From the NCBI GenBank assembly GCA_002633005.1, contig NMRA01000173.1, positions 389,068 to 453,067 of the forward strand: 64,000 bases of DNA, read 5' to 3'. Positions 50,861 through 64,000 of this stretch are shown piece by piece (the stretch's first letter is position 1; each line of letters opens with the position of its first letter). Position numbers and translations under genes: made by a program. This DNA comes from Phoronis australis. Lineage: Eukaryota > Animalia > Phoronida. The notes under the pieces were generated by a model, which worked only from the letters and a program-made list of their open reading frames with translations, searched no databases and was not told the DNA's origin.

Positions 50861-53329
50861 CATAACCAGTATTACACACAGGCGTTGGTAACATTTTGTC
50901 CGTATGGCATGTTCAATTTCTGACACTTCTGATTTGTGGTGCGGCGGTCTGATTTGGAGGACTGGCGGTCATGTTGTTTTTCAGAAGTCGTTTTGATGTT
51001 CTTGTTATTAATGGAACTAGAATGGTGTTATGGTACAGTAGAAGTCATAATATGATTTTCATATTTATCCAGCTAATAAGAGTGAAATGCTTTAAATGAA
51101 TCATCAGTGTGGTCAGAGTGAGATTGCAGTGCAAAGAACCTACATTCACACTTAAACAATTTGTCTTGTAAGATCACATGTTAGATGTAGATAATCTGGA
51201 GTTTATAATATTACAATGGAGACCTGGCCATGATATCACTGGTCTGTTCATTTCCCTTCAGGCATTAGTTCATTACTTATTGAAGATTTATGCAGTATTA
51301 CAAGCCTGACTAGTATAACGTATGCTGTACATGGTGGTCTAGTTTTGCTGAGCATCAAATCATGACAATAGTTAAAACAATGTTTTTCTTTTACAATATC
51401 TCTCTGAACAGTCATTTGTTCTCTTGTTCAAAGGCAATTTCTTAATTTCTGGACGTTGCCTGGACTGTCTACATGGGCCACTCCATCAGACAACTGCAAT
51501 CATGGACCACTGCATCAAACAACTGTATGTTGCCTCTTGTGGTCACTAACTCCTGTCTTCCCATCATACATCTCTCATTGGTCTGTGATGCAGATGCTTG
51601 TTACAAGTCATTATGAGATTAATACTTGATATTAATCTACTGTTTTGATGTTAAATACCACAGTACTGTATTTGTTCCTGAAGGTTAATACCCGGAGCAT
51701 TAAAATTGAAAATTAAGGTCAAGGAGGGGTATTCAGAAACAAATTTTAAAAGGGTATGGACACATATCTTCCATAACAAGCGATTTAGTTTAATTCTCAG
51801 CCAGTTGCCCTTCTGATTTCATCAAATACAAGAATTGAATGAATTGTTGTAAGAATAAAGACACATCGCATTGTCAGAGAGAGTTGAAAATCTGCAGGCA
51901 GACATTCATGAGGTTGTGTTCTTTTAAAAAACTATAAGTTCTGATCGTATCATGGGTGATTTTGCTGTCTTTCTCACAGTTCTTGAATTTGGGTCGGCCA
52001 ATGTTGTTTATTTCTAAAACTTAGTGCTTGTGCCAACTTTGAGCAGAATAATTTTTTTACTGTCCCAAACTAGAGAATTTTTACTTTAGGTTAGGGTAGG
52101 TGTATACGTAGATAACCAAACAGGGGTAGTACATAACCAAACAGGGATATTCAAGAGCGGACATGTTAAAAAATCAGAGTTTGGTGTTTCGCGTCTACAT
52201 ACAAAAAAGAAGAAAGTTTTGAAGTTTTTTGGTGCACGTGGTTGTCATTCAAGTGATGAAGTTATTTGAAGCCTTCTGCATGCACTATTTACATTAGGGG
52301 GATATCACAATGTTCCCTGAGTATTTAAAGCTAGTTTACAGTTCCTTTGCAGCTCTAATATATAAACAGACTTTCATCTAAGTACAGGATGTATAACAAA
52401 TCTAACTAGCTGTGACCAGTATCAGCTTGGTGTTGTAATGTTGTGTAAATGGTTAATTGACTGTAACAATCCAATAAACATAGGTTTAGTGTATTTAAAG
52501 GGACTGGGAACAGGGATATACCTAGCCAGTTGTCTAGTCCTCAACACTGCTTAATTATGGGATGTGGCAAAGTAGAAATTCACTGGCTAGTTGCCCCCCC
52601 CCCCTTCCCCCCTGTCCCCTGACCTAATTTTCGAAGCAGGTACATTGTTTTTCTTCTGTTTGCAATTCAGATGAATTGTCTTTACATTGTGGTGTTTTTC
52701 TAAAACATTGGCCTTGTTGTTGTAAGCCTTTTTTAAAGGCTCAGTTGAAATAATTTTGTTTCAATTATATTCAGAATGGTAAATGCAGGAAAACTAATTT
52801 TTGAGCTGCATTCTCTGTTGTGTTTGAACGAGAGACAGCTCATCCTTTTCGAAATTCAAGGAGGAATGATCCCCTGTCGGCATAGAATTTCTTTGGAATT
52901 ACATAGAAGGTTCATGTTTACATTCCCCTTGGAGCATTTTCTAAACTTCTCATCTTGGGGAACATGTTCCTTTAATTACATGCTTGTCTGTTTGTACAAT
53001 AAGCTATCCTAAATCTTGACATTCAGCTTACTTGACATTTCTGTAATGAGGTCTGGTTATAATTAGACTGATATCAATGCTTTCTAGAATGTGCTCTGGC
53101 TATCGACTAATTAACTGATGCCATCTATCTCACACACTTAATTACCTGTATGATTGGGGGTCTGCTTGCCTGGTCTCACTGCTGTGGGTCTTGGCTGTTT
53201 TGGTTATAAATCTATTTGTCCCTTCCTTTATTTCCCTCTTTTTTAGAGTGTGGTAAAATGTCGCCAATTAGGACATAATATTAAAGACACATGAATTTGT
53301 TTTTCACTTTTTCCTAAAAGTAAAGTTGC

Positions 53330-54671
53330 ACCATATAAATTCTATATCATTACGCCACCATCCTTGTCCGCCCATTCGTCCCGCGTCTGCTGCTCTGTAT
53401 CCAAAACCTTTTGATGTATGTTCATGAAATTTTGAACATGTGTTCCTTTTGTGGATGAGACGGAATGAGTGAACTTCCGTACTGATCCGACGACCAGTTT
53501 GCCCCCTAGTGGCAATTTTATTTTTTTACATTTACGTCTGAATCTTCAATGGACCTCAACGGATTTTGCAAATGAAATTTTGCAAATAGGTTTCTGTGAA
53601 GGAGACCATGACGTGTTTTCATTTTCGGGCAGATTTGACATTCTGCGCCACTGGGTGGCCATTGTAAAAATTTTGAGTGCATTTCTGACACCACCCTCTC
53701 CATGTGCCAAACTGGTTGAAGGATCATTATTAAAATTTGAAGATGTGTTCCTGATAAGAAAATCAAGGCTGACTCTGACTTTTGGACATGTTCAGCTACT
53801 TTGGCAACCTCTAGTGGCAATTTTATTTTTTGCATCCACTACTGTATCTCTTTCACCATTTGCAAGATCTTTCTGAATTTTAGCAGATGTGTTCTTATGG
53901 AGATGGCAACAGATGGTCACGAGTTTCAGACCAGTCCAGCTACAGCTGTGCTCCCTAGTGGCAATTTTATTTTTTACTTTTGTCTCTGTAACTTCAGAGT
54001 TCCTTGATGCTTTTTCATGTAATTTGGCAAACAAAATCCTTTCCATTTTGTGATGGATTCGACCTATTCTGCAGCAACTAGTGGCCATTTTAATTATTTT
54101 TTGGTCTTTTTTGTTGCCTGTTTCTGTATCTCCCAAACAGCTCAGAGGATCATAATGAGAACTGACTATATGTGTTCCTACTGACAAGAACATACCTGAC
54201 GTGGTGCCCACTAGTGACATTTTCAAATGGGTCCAACTACTGTGGTGCCCACTAGTGACATTTTCAAATGGGGTCCAACTACTGTGGGTGCCCATTAGTG
54301 ACATTTTCATATGGGTCCAACTGCTGTGGTGCCCAATAGTGACATTTTTTCACATCTACGGCTGTATCTCCTAAACCAAGATGTTTTTGAAATTTCGCAA
54401 TTGTATTCCTATTAACTTGAAAGGCGATGGACAGAGTCGACTACCGCTGGGGTTCCTAATGGCAGTTTTTTACGTTTGCCTTTGTATCTGGAGTTCTTTG
54501 ATGTATTTTCGTGAAATTTGGCAAGTAGTTTTGAGAGACGACGACACCTTCCCATTCTGGATTGGTTCAATGTATTCTGTGCCATTTTTATAATAAAAAT
54601 CAATACCCCTATTAGCACACCATTTGCGCTGCAGTACTGGGCACATTTCAATACTTCGCGTTGTTCTTGTT
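53330..54671 (+). mobile_element. HINE/Helentron-associated-like repeat, second copy
   Basis: GTCCG-type tract near 53367, ~145-bp internal subrepeats ending (GCCCC)CTAGTGGCAATTTT, four ~42-bp GTGCCCACTAGTGACATTTT units, and a 3' end ...GTTCTTGTT. It is the inverted homologue of 13425-14538. Confidence 0.6.
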
Positions 54672-56760
54672 AAATATCTTGACTGCAGCTATGATAAGAC
54701 AATTGACATGAACGTAGAAGAACCAAGATGGAGGCATTCTGCTGGGCCGTCCCCATCACATTCTAAGTGATCATTGGACAGTATATAGTCACCATAGGAA
54801 CGGTAATTAACATGGAAAATTTGTCTTCAAGATAAAACAGTGATCTGTATTTTACTATACGCACAGTAAAGTAGATCCCTTTTAAAGAAAATGATCTTAG
54901 TACCGGGCATCATAAGGCATTCCATTATTTTCTTTCACTAATGACTTGTGGCATTTGAATCACTTTTGAATGACTGTTTAGATATTTCGATTAAAGGGCC
55001 ATCAAACCTGTGCTTTCTTCAGTTTAGAGGTGATCTCTGTACTCGCAAAGAAGTGACAGTTCATTATTTCTTGAGACCAAGCTCTTAAAATTTCTTTTTT
55101 GAAAGCCATAACCTTAAATTTTATAAGAAATAATGAGATGCGGCAGAGCTCCATCTGACAACCTTCTACCTCAGATTTTGTTTGGCCATCTACTAAAATC
55201 TGATGTGATGTCACCACACACACACTTTCAAGACACTCAAAATAATGCAGGAAGTAAACAGACAGCAAACATCAAGGCCCATGCACAGGTAACGAGTGTC
55301 GAGCCTTAGGTGGTGAGACTTGGTAGGGTACTGGACCCACGTGGGAGGTGAGAATTAGTCATTACCGAGCACGCGAGACTGTTCTAACTTTCTATTCGGA
55401 CATTTGCTGAGTTTGCTGGATCTTCATCTTTGGTGACTCGTACTTATTGTATTTTCGTGTCGGTTGTTGCCAACTATGTATTGGTTGTAGGGGTCATGAT
55501 TTTCGCAGCCCCCCAAGTGGGATTGCCTTGTTGTAGTGACCTCAGTTGCCGTATGGGGACATTGCCAGCTTATGTTTGAGAAGTTGTTGTTATGCTAAGT
55601 GTCGAAACCTGATGTTTTAGTTCTTTCAAAGCTGAGAAATCGCACCTATTTTGACCATGGTAACTTCTTATTTTGCACAAAATGAATGCGTTTTACTGAT
55701 AGTCAGGGTGTGCCAAATACACTGAATATACAGTCTTCCTTTGCAATATTAATTGAGTTACCTAGCGTGGTCAACTGTCTGTGTGTGAATTTATTGAAAT
55801 GTGCCCTTCTGGTTGCCAATGTGATCCAATTAATAGCAATGAAGCCACTTCATCCTGTTCCAATATAGGTAACAGTACTTTACCACCAGTGAAACTGATT
55901 GTGTGAATTAGGGGAATCAACAAATACCCTGTGAGGGACAAAATATTATTTTCACAAATAATTAGAGGGTGAGAAATGAGGTGAATGTGCTAAGTATGTG
56001 GAGAATTGCTGTGAGGAACAATTTGTGGTCTATTTCATTGGGATATGTGATCTGTGGAAATCAAAACTGACAGAGCAAGGGTTTAATGCAGCTCCTAAGT
56101 TGTGATTTGTAAACACACATTTTACTGGTATTCATGGATGATATAAAATTTGAAAAATAGCTTCAAATATTTGCGGTGTCCAATTTGTAGCATGATACTG
56201 TTATGATTCCTAGATGATCCTTAGGAGTGTTTTGAGTTAGTAGCAGTTTATAATATAAAGTGTGTGTGCAGCACAGCATGTGGTTCATGCCACATGCCAG
56301 TAACATTGTGTTATCACAAAGTTGTGTTTATAAGTAGTCAACAGGATGCCATAAAGAACATAAACAAATCAGTCATGCTATGTTCACTTAAGTGTTAGTT
56401 TTAAGTAGATTGATTTTAAAAAAATTATAAAATTATAATTATGCCCTTATTCTGGTTATTAACTCAGTTGATTACATGGAGCACATACAGATAGTTCGGT
56501 ATAGTGTCTTTAGATTAGAACACAATGTGCCGGAACAGTAAAATATTCCATCAAAAATTTCAACAAGAGTAAACAAGAAGACATTTAACTGGATTACTTG
56601 GAAACTTAATACAATATGGCTGTCATCAACAAACACTCAATGAAGTTTTGAACACTTAGCAGTACAGTGAGTGTCTGAAAATAAAAAAAGTCAATGCTGG
56701 CCGTTGTTTTTTGAATTTGGGGAAATTTACTTTGCCCATTACATACACATAGAAAAATGT

Positions 56761-57012
56761 TGAGAAATACAGTGGGACCTCTGTAAATTGAGAAATACAG
56801 TGGGACCTCTGTAAATTGAGAAATACAGTGGGACCTCTGTAAATTGAGAAATGCAGTGGGACCTCTGTAAATTGAGAAATACAGTGGGACCTCTGTAAAT
56901 TGAGAAATACAGTGGGACCTCTGTAAATTGAGAAATACAGTGGGACCTCTGTAAATTGAGAAATACAGTGGGACCTCTGTAAATTGAGAAATACAGTGGG
57001 ACCTCTGTAAAT
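56761..57012. repeat. Minisatellite, 28-bp unit TGAGAAATACAGTGGGACCTCTGTAAAT x9
   Basis: Directly visible. It explains ORFs 56606-57154 and 56656-57015. Confidence 0.95.
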
Positions 57013-60000
57013 CATAAATCTGTGTAATGATATACATTTTCAACACACCACTCCTTTTATGTGACATCGATTTGTTGGAATTATAGAGTGAGTGCAGTGG
57101 CAATATGCAACAAATGAAGACAGAAGGCTGAAGGGTAACTGCATTAATCAGCAAGTGAATGAGTGAGTGGCCATTATGTTTGTACCAACCCCATTAATGT
57201 ACCATGTGACTGCTGTAGGTTTTGCAGAACAGTTTGTTAATGTCAGCTGTTTTCTTTTTCATGTGCTGTTCTTACCTGAAATGGATTCAACTGAAACAGT
57301 GAGTACAATATTTTGATTTTTGGCTAGTGGCAAGTCCACAGGTATAAAGTATTCTTTGTTTTGTGGGCAGCTTGTGGAATGTTTTGTCACATGGGAAGAG
57401 TGTAAGAGTTGTGCTGTGTTGTGTGACTACTTGTACTTTTGAAGCTGTTATCTCAGCAATGTAAGTGGTCATGGTCAATATGTTTCAATGTAGGCTGAAA
57501 GCCATGTTTTGGAAGCTGGCGAATGCCTGGAAGTACTGCACAGTGGTTGATGTTCATACAGTCCAACACTATCAAGCTGCACACAAACCTTATTTACAGC
57601 TGTTAACACATTATTAACACTGCTGATGCTTTTTTTCTATTTGTTTGCTATTTTTTCAAAAACGTCACATGTCATTCGCACATGCCACAAGTGCCGGCCA
57701 ACAGGTCGTAGCGATGGGTTAAACCAGGTCATGGCGAACACTATTTGGGATGTTACGCTTTACTTCTAAATTCAGAATCTCTCATTAGCAGAATCCTCAA
57801 TGAAAGGAGTTACTGCACCCTTGAGCTATTGATTTATCCTTCCCATTGTGATAGTGGATTGATCATTCATAATGCCTTCATGTTGTAATTTGCTATAATC
57901 ACTGGCTAATGTGATCATTAGTGACTATAGAGTTCATGTCCTTGCTTATCATATAATATTTCATTCACTGAACAGCTTGCCTGTTAAATTGTTAAAAATA
58001 ATATTCTGTGTGACCACTAAAAATACTTTGTATATAATGATATAGATCATGACATCCTTTGAAATTTTTTCACTTCCACATTCAGTATAAAGTACTGTAG
58101 TAATTTTATCTGACTGAAAGTTGACCATGGACATTGTGGGTATTTGTTCCTGTAGATGGTGCTGGTCTAGGTAATGTGTGCTTGTCATTGCCACTGTGTA
58201 TTGAATTACCAGTCATTTGACCTCCAATCTGGATTCCATTCCATGTCCAATTTGGTGGTGACCTGGCCCAGGCCTATGCTAGACTCTAGTAATCACCTTA
58301 TGCATAGTTCTGTCCTGCAACGTATTAAAAGTTAAATTTATTTCTAAGATTAAATCCCTGAATTGCTCTCCTCGCTGAGTTACATATATGCTTCCTGCTG
58401 TACACAGTTGCTGGCAATTGCTGTTAATGTTTCCTTTTGCAATTTGAGCTTCTGGAATGGGCGCATGCATTGTTACTAGTCAACACCATGTAGAATTTAC
58501 TGTTAATACTCAGGGTCAAAGTAATCAGTTTTTGATGGACATGGAATGTATTCAGTAGTATTTGGAAAGGTACAGGAATTCTTCGCCGATTTAGCACACA
58601 ATATGGTGGACAAAACAAATTCTGTTTTGTTAAAGTTCTCTACTAAAGTAAAGGTCAAGGACATTTTAGTTTTCTACAAGCGTGGTTTGCACTGTGTAGA
58701 TGTGATGAAACAACATTTGCTCAGGTTCCTATTTTTTCAAAAAGGTAATCAGCCATGGGAAAATGAAAAAATGGCCCCTTTGGCAATTTGTGCGAAATCT
58801 AGGGAGAAGTACCGTATTTACTTTAAGTCTGTTTTCTGAAATCTGATCACAAGCGCAAACTGTCCGATATACTGATTTTTGACAAACACAAAATACTGCA
58901 AACATTTGTAAGTTTTGTTTATTTAGCACTCTGAAAGTAGGGTAACTATAATCCAGAATTGTGCATAACATGAAGACACATCTACTATTTGCAAAAAGTA
59001 CTTTGAATGATTGCTATTAACATAGCAGGTGTATTAAAAATAGTCAAAAAAGCCACAGGAATTTTCCATTGTCTGCTGGTGTAATCATTTCACAAACTTC
59101 GTTAATTATCAATTCAAACATATTTCCTTCATGTCTGTGTCTCCAACTTAGTGGGCTAGTACTCTTTGCCTGTAAAATTGACACAAACTCGAGAACTTCT
59201 TTAAAAGTGTGTTGTGTTCTAGTGAGATCTTCTGTGGTTGTTCTGTCTAGAGATTCACTGTTGGTCTAATTGCGCAGCAATATACCAATTTTCTTGTCTG
59301 TGTTTCTCTTGCTTTTGGTGATGAAAAGCATGTGTAATTCATGCTAGTGTTTACCTGTACATGTGTTTACTGGAATCTTCCCTTGAGGCTGGATTTGACT
59401 TAGGAAACTGAATGCTAAATTACCGGCTAACGAGAACCGCAGCTACTGTGGTTCACCATGAATGTTTAAAGTAGTGCCTGCTTTTTGAGGTTCACTGATT
59501 TGGTGCAATCATTGGCCAGTTTGCTTCATTTTTCCATGATTCTGAAAGTCTGAAGGTGGATCTGCTTCCATGGAAACTGTTGTTGGATGTGTCATAGATA
59601 CTTCAAGATAGTTTCTCATATCCACATGTGTTTGGTCTGAAGTCTATTGTCAAACTGCATACATATAGAATAACTTGGCAATTGATGGTAGTGCCATTGG
59701 GACAGTGGAACCATCAATTGTTTCTGGACTTCTCTAAACACTACTGGAGGATTGCTGATTGATATCTTGAAACTGGACTTCAATAAACCATCACTGTCAA
59801 CTTGGTTTGTTGTTGTTTCCGCTAGCAGCTGAAAAATATCTGTGCTTTGACACTTGGTATTTCAAGCAGAGACCTACAAGCAGCGCCTTGTAGTCCCTGG
59901 TATTCTGTTGGATACAGTGGGTGTTAAGAACAATCTAGCCAGGCTTGAGGAGGAATTTCACCATTGTTGAGATAATTGCAAGTGACCACTCTAAATTGTC

Positions 60001-60339
60001 TGAAGTTAGGTGTGTGTGTGTATGCTAACACTGACCATTGCTGTCAGAGATTAAAAAGTTTAGTTGGGATGAGCGCTGGTGACGTAACATATGCTCTTGG
60101 CTGCTGTGTTGATCCCTTGAACTGAGGAGGATTGTGGCCTGAATACTCTGGTAATAGGCTTTGTACAGCTGGTAGAATCATTGAGCTCTGTTAGAACTGT
60201 TGTACAGGAGACAGGATGGAAGATAACAGCTACCTGAATAACAACGACAGTCATGGTGACGTCTACGGCTATGATGAGCTTTGGGTGAGATGTTAGGCGA
60301 GTTTGGCCAATTTTGTGGCACCTTTTCGATTGACTGCAG

Positions 60340-60390
60340 GTGTGTGTGTGTGTGTGTNNNNNNNNNNNNNNNNNNNNNNNNNNNNNNNNN

Positions 60391-60419
<29 letters not shown>
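60340..60419. repeat. (GT)n microsatellite spanning an N gap
   Basis: Directly visible. Confidence 0.95.
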
Positions 60420-60424
<5 letters not shown>

Positions 60425-61052
60425 CTGTGTGTGAGAGTGCATTTGCTTGCGTGTTTGTAAGGATTTGCAAATTTCTCATCTGTTCATGTTGATTATCAGA
60501 CCATTTTTCATGCATCAGACATGCTCAGTATGAGTAACACAGGTGAGTTTGTAGTTAATAAGAGCCTCTATGTTGTTGTTATATATACAAGCAAGGTTTG
60601 TTAAGAGCTTGAAATGTGACTACGGTATGGGATAACTTATTACATGAGTTTGTGGCATGTTGTGATTTGTGAGTTTTTGGTAGCAGGATTCTTTTGAAAA
60701 AGATCTGTGATGAATATCCTGGAAATCTGTGGGCACCAACAGTTGTATGGTTTTCAGAGACAGTTGTCCAGTGTTGTTAAGGGACAAAAAGGCAGTGTCT
60801 CAACCAATTGTTTTATAAACATCACATGTTAGAACACTTGGCTGAGCAGCTAAAATGACACCTGTCTTGTCTCTTGGGAGACTGGTTGTTCACCTCCCCC
60901 TTATCTGTGGCTTGAAAGTAATTGTGTAATTAACCTAGCATTATTTGTACTGGATAAGATTAGTGACATAAAAGTGGACAGTATGCTTTTAATGGTTGTG
61001 TTTGCACTTGTAGTTTGGAGATATTTTGCTTAAATTTTCAAGTTCAATTTAT

Positions 61053-63537
61053 GGTCAATTCTGTGAAAAGGTCACCGTGGAGATAAAAAGGTCAACCTGG
61101 AGATAACAAATTAAAATAGTGGCTACACTTACATATCTGGTCTCATCTGAACGCCCATTCTCTCTAGTTTCAGGACCCATATTTGAGTGTCCTATAACTT
61201 TCAATTTTTTGCCTAAATGGTCCCATTTTTGATGATCACTTGACCCTAAAAAAGTAGCTCGATTTTCATGTGTGTTGCTAATTATTGTCATAAAAAAGCT
61301 AATTATGGTGTTTTTACTATACTATCAAATTTGTACTATCACTTGAACCCCAAGCTTAATAAAAAATAACATTTCAACTTTGGCACATCACTGACCTTGG
61401 GGTCAAAGGTCAAGTACTGGGTATCATGGTGCTGTACGTCCGTCACAAAAAAGTGTTTAAAAGTTTAGTTACGTTAAAAGTTTTTAATCAAAATTAAAAT
61501 AATTTCAGATTCTCTTTTTTAACTTGTTACTCAATACTATTGACCAAAATTTTGGATCCCAAGGATTATTCGTTTAGTCAGAAATGGCGTGACAGACGTA
61601 CAGCAAATTTGTACGTCCGCCTCATACGTCCGTCACACCCGTGAAATTGCAATTTTCAGACAATAAAAATAACCTCAGATCATATTTTTACTTTCTAAAC
61701 TTGCAGAAGATAACATGTATTTCACATCTAAGAACCTTAAAATGATAAAGTATTTCAAAGGGAGCTTTAAAATTAAGTGAAGAAGTTGTTTCAGATTTTA
61801 ACTAAATGCATTAATTTTTTTCAATTTCAAAAGTATTTGCAGAAAAGTTATAGTTTGCAATGTCATCTAGTTATTCTTAGTAGAATTCAACTTATTAAAA
61901 TCAAACAGTTGGACCACATTATGAAATGTACATAAAACAAAATGTTAATTTAATGAACTTAATGTTTTTCTGTTGGTACCTCGTGTTGGTAAAGAAATCC
62001 TAAGGTGCTCTACTGTATACCCAAATAACAAGTAAACTAAAGGAATACATGTCAAGTTGCTATTGCACTGGAATCAATATGTTATTTCTGCTCAGACCTG
62101 CTATGCTGTGCTTTGTGTTGAAAAAGCCGATACCGGGTATTTTCAAGCAGTATGAGTCTGTCACCTACTTTATTGAGCATTTTTGTAACACCCTCACTGG
62201 CTGTAGGCACTCTTTTTGTGTTTTTCAGTGTATTGGTTCATTGGGTGGCTTGTATGAAATTATTTCATAACAAATGATTACATTGTCTCGTCTTACATAT
62301 TTTTGATCCTTCAGTCTTTTTAAGAATTAGACTGCTGAGCTTCAAGAAGATTAAACTGGCATTTAGATAGGATAGAGGAAATTGTTGGAGACCACGGGAA
62401 GAACAGACGCAACCGGGAAAAGAATATGTGCTGGAAAAATGCCATTGTGGATCAAGAAATTCATAATTGTACTTGCGCGTACTGTGATGTGGCATTATTT
62501 AAAGTCTCTCTTTAAATTTGAAAAGAAGGCATGAGTTACAGGGCTGGATGAAAACCTAATAATTTTAATCATTAAATAGAAACCAGCATCTGATAAGTTA
62601 GCTCTACATATTCCTAAATCATAATCCTGAATGCAATTAATTTAAAATGTCTTGTTTTCACACTGGAAGACAGCACGGGTAATTTGAATCAAAATAAATG
62701 CCAAAAGTTGATGATGTCAACTAAACCATATGCTTTACACTTGGTTTTAATAAGATACTGAAGTCCAGTTACTAATACTTTAAAAATATCACAGTTATTA
62801 CTTACATGGGCATGCATCAGAACCATCGACAGCATGGATCAGAGAATAACTTTCACTCTAAGGGCGAGTTCTAATTTAAAAAACAATTAATTAAAATGCA
62901 TTTTTATGACAGTGATTAGTAATGTTTTAAATTTTATTTCACATTTTATGTTTTGACTGTCATATTTACTTATTAGTTTTGAATTAGTGTTCTATTTAAC
63001 GCTTAAAAACAGATTTTCCTGATAACTAACAGCTGTCAAATACAAAATGATTATCACTCTCATTCCCATAGATAATGCTTACCCTCTTTACAAGGAAGTG
63101 AAGATTTTAGGTGATTGTTTATCTTTAATCAAATGTATTGAAAAGTTGAAATCCTAGAGTATATTCCTAGTATAGCCCTACTTGTGATGATTTTGTGCAA
63201 AAGGTCAATCGGTACATTTTAATTAAAAACATTGAATTAGTAGCAAAAGACCAATATAGCTTAAATACTGCAAAAGTTTGAATCATTCTGAATTGATATC
63301 GTAGTCACAACAGACAATTTGATACTAGTAATTCAGAGCGTACATCCATCACGTATGTCTGTCACATTAACTCAACATATATTGAGCTGTCTGACAAAAG
63401 TTTCTTAGAAGATATCATCAAAAAAGTAGTGTGTTGTACTTTGCAAACATTCTACTTAATCATCTTGTAAATATAAAATTGTAACTTACTGCAACTCACA
63501 GAGAATTAATGTTAATAATTTTGTAATGGAATTGCTC
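61053..63537. mobile_element. ~2.5-kb non-autonomous DNA transposon, Sola2-like termini
   Basis: Left GGTCAATTCTGTGAAAA; the right end reverse-complements to GAGCAATTCCATTACAAAA. The 4-bp flanks are ttat/ttgt. A GTACGTCCGTCAC(A)-type motif recurs at ~61434, 61588 (inverted), 61611-61637 and 63340-63365. Confidence 0.45.
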
Positions 63538-64000
63538 TTGTATTGTGTGAAATGCTATCAGGACATGTCTCGCAAGTTTTGCCACCACGTTTTAATGTGG
63601 GGGATGAACACTAGCACATAGTATGAATACATACACAGAGCACTGGTTGACCATAGGCCACTTGTTCTGGATTGAACTCTCTTGCGGCGAAGCTAGAACG
63701 ATTCATTGCCTGACTGATCTACTTTTCAAATTGTCATACACTCCTGAGTTGATTAAGCAAGGAATCGCATACAGCAATCGTTATTTGTCGTTTTTGCAAG
63801 TTTCTTGGTGTCTGTATTGCAACCCAAAATGCAAAAAAATTTGCCTGCTCTGCAATGATGAATCACATAATGATTAGGATATGAGGTAGTGACAGGAAAA
63901 GAGTTTGACACATGTGGAGCTATGTAATTTTAGGACGAGCAAATTGAGATCAGGTGTTATTGCAAAGTACTTACTCTCGGGGGGGGGGGGGGGGGGGGGT

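Noticed and set aside
53469-54310. Overlapping 105-172-aa ORFs on both strands
   Set aside because: They lie within the HINE-like repeat, with no recognisable domain or supporting splice structure.
56606-57154. 182-aa repetitive ORF
   Set aside because: Artefact of the 28-bp minisatellite.

Overview
AT-rich, repeat-dense eukaryotic DNA with spliceosomal GT-AG introns. The gene and repeat content suggests an invertebrate animal, probably a lophotrochozoan (inference only). Supported genes: (1) an internal phase-1/phase-1 CUB-domain exon on the minus strand (1272-1643), of a gene that probably continues off the left edge; (2) a complete three-coding-exon SLC10 (bile acid:Na+ symporter family, P3/SLC10A3-A5-like architecture) gene on the minus strand, 22131-21514, 12717-12546 and 9337-8616, giving 1512 nt or 503 aa; (3) a probable first coding exon of an unidentified plus-strand gene (33244-33451), whose downstream exons I could not find. 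The rest is intronic/intergenic sequence with many minisatellites, MITEs and non-autonomous DNA transposons. The most notable non-genic observations are a decayed Kolobok-like element in the first SLC10 coding intron with convergent THAP and KolX/P2X7-ballast-like remnants, two HINE/Helentron-like repeats carrying ~145-bp-periodic arrays of CTCF-like motifs in convergent orientation ~40 kb apart, and an apparent heterozygous TTAA-transposon insertion captured as an assembly duplication at the left edge. I found no convincing novel multi-gene system; most ORFs in the supplied track look spurious.
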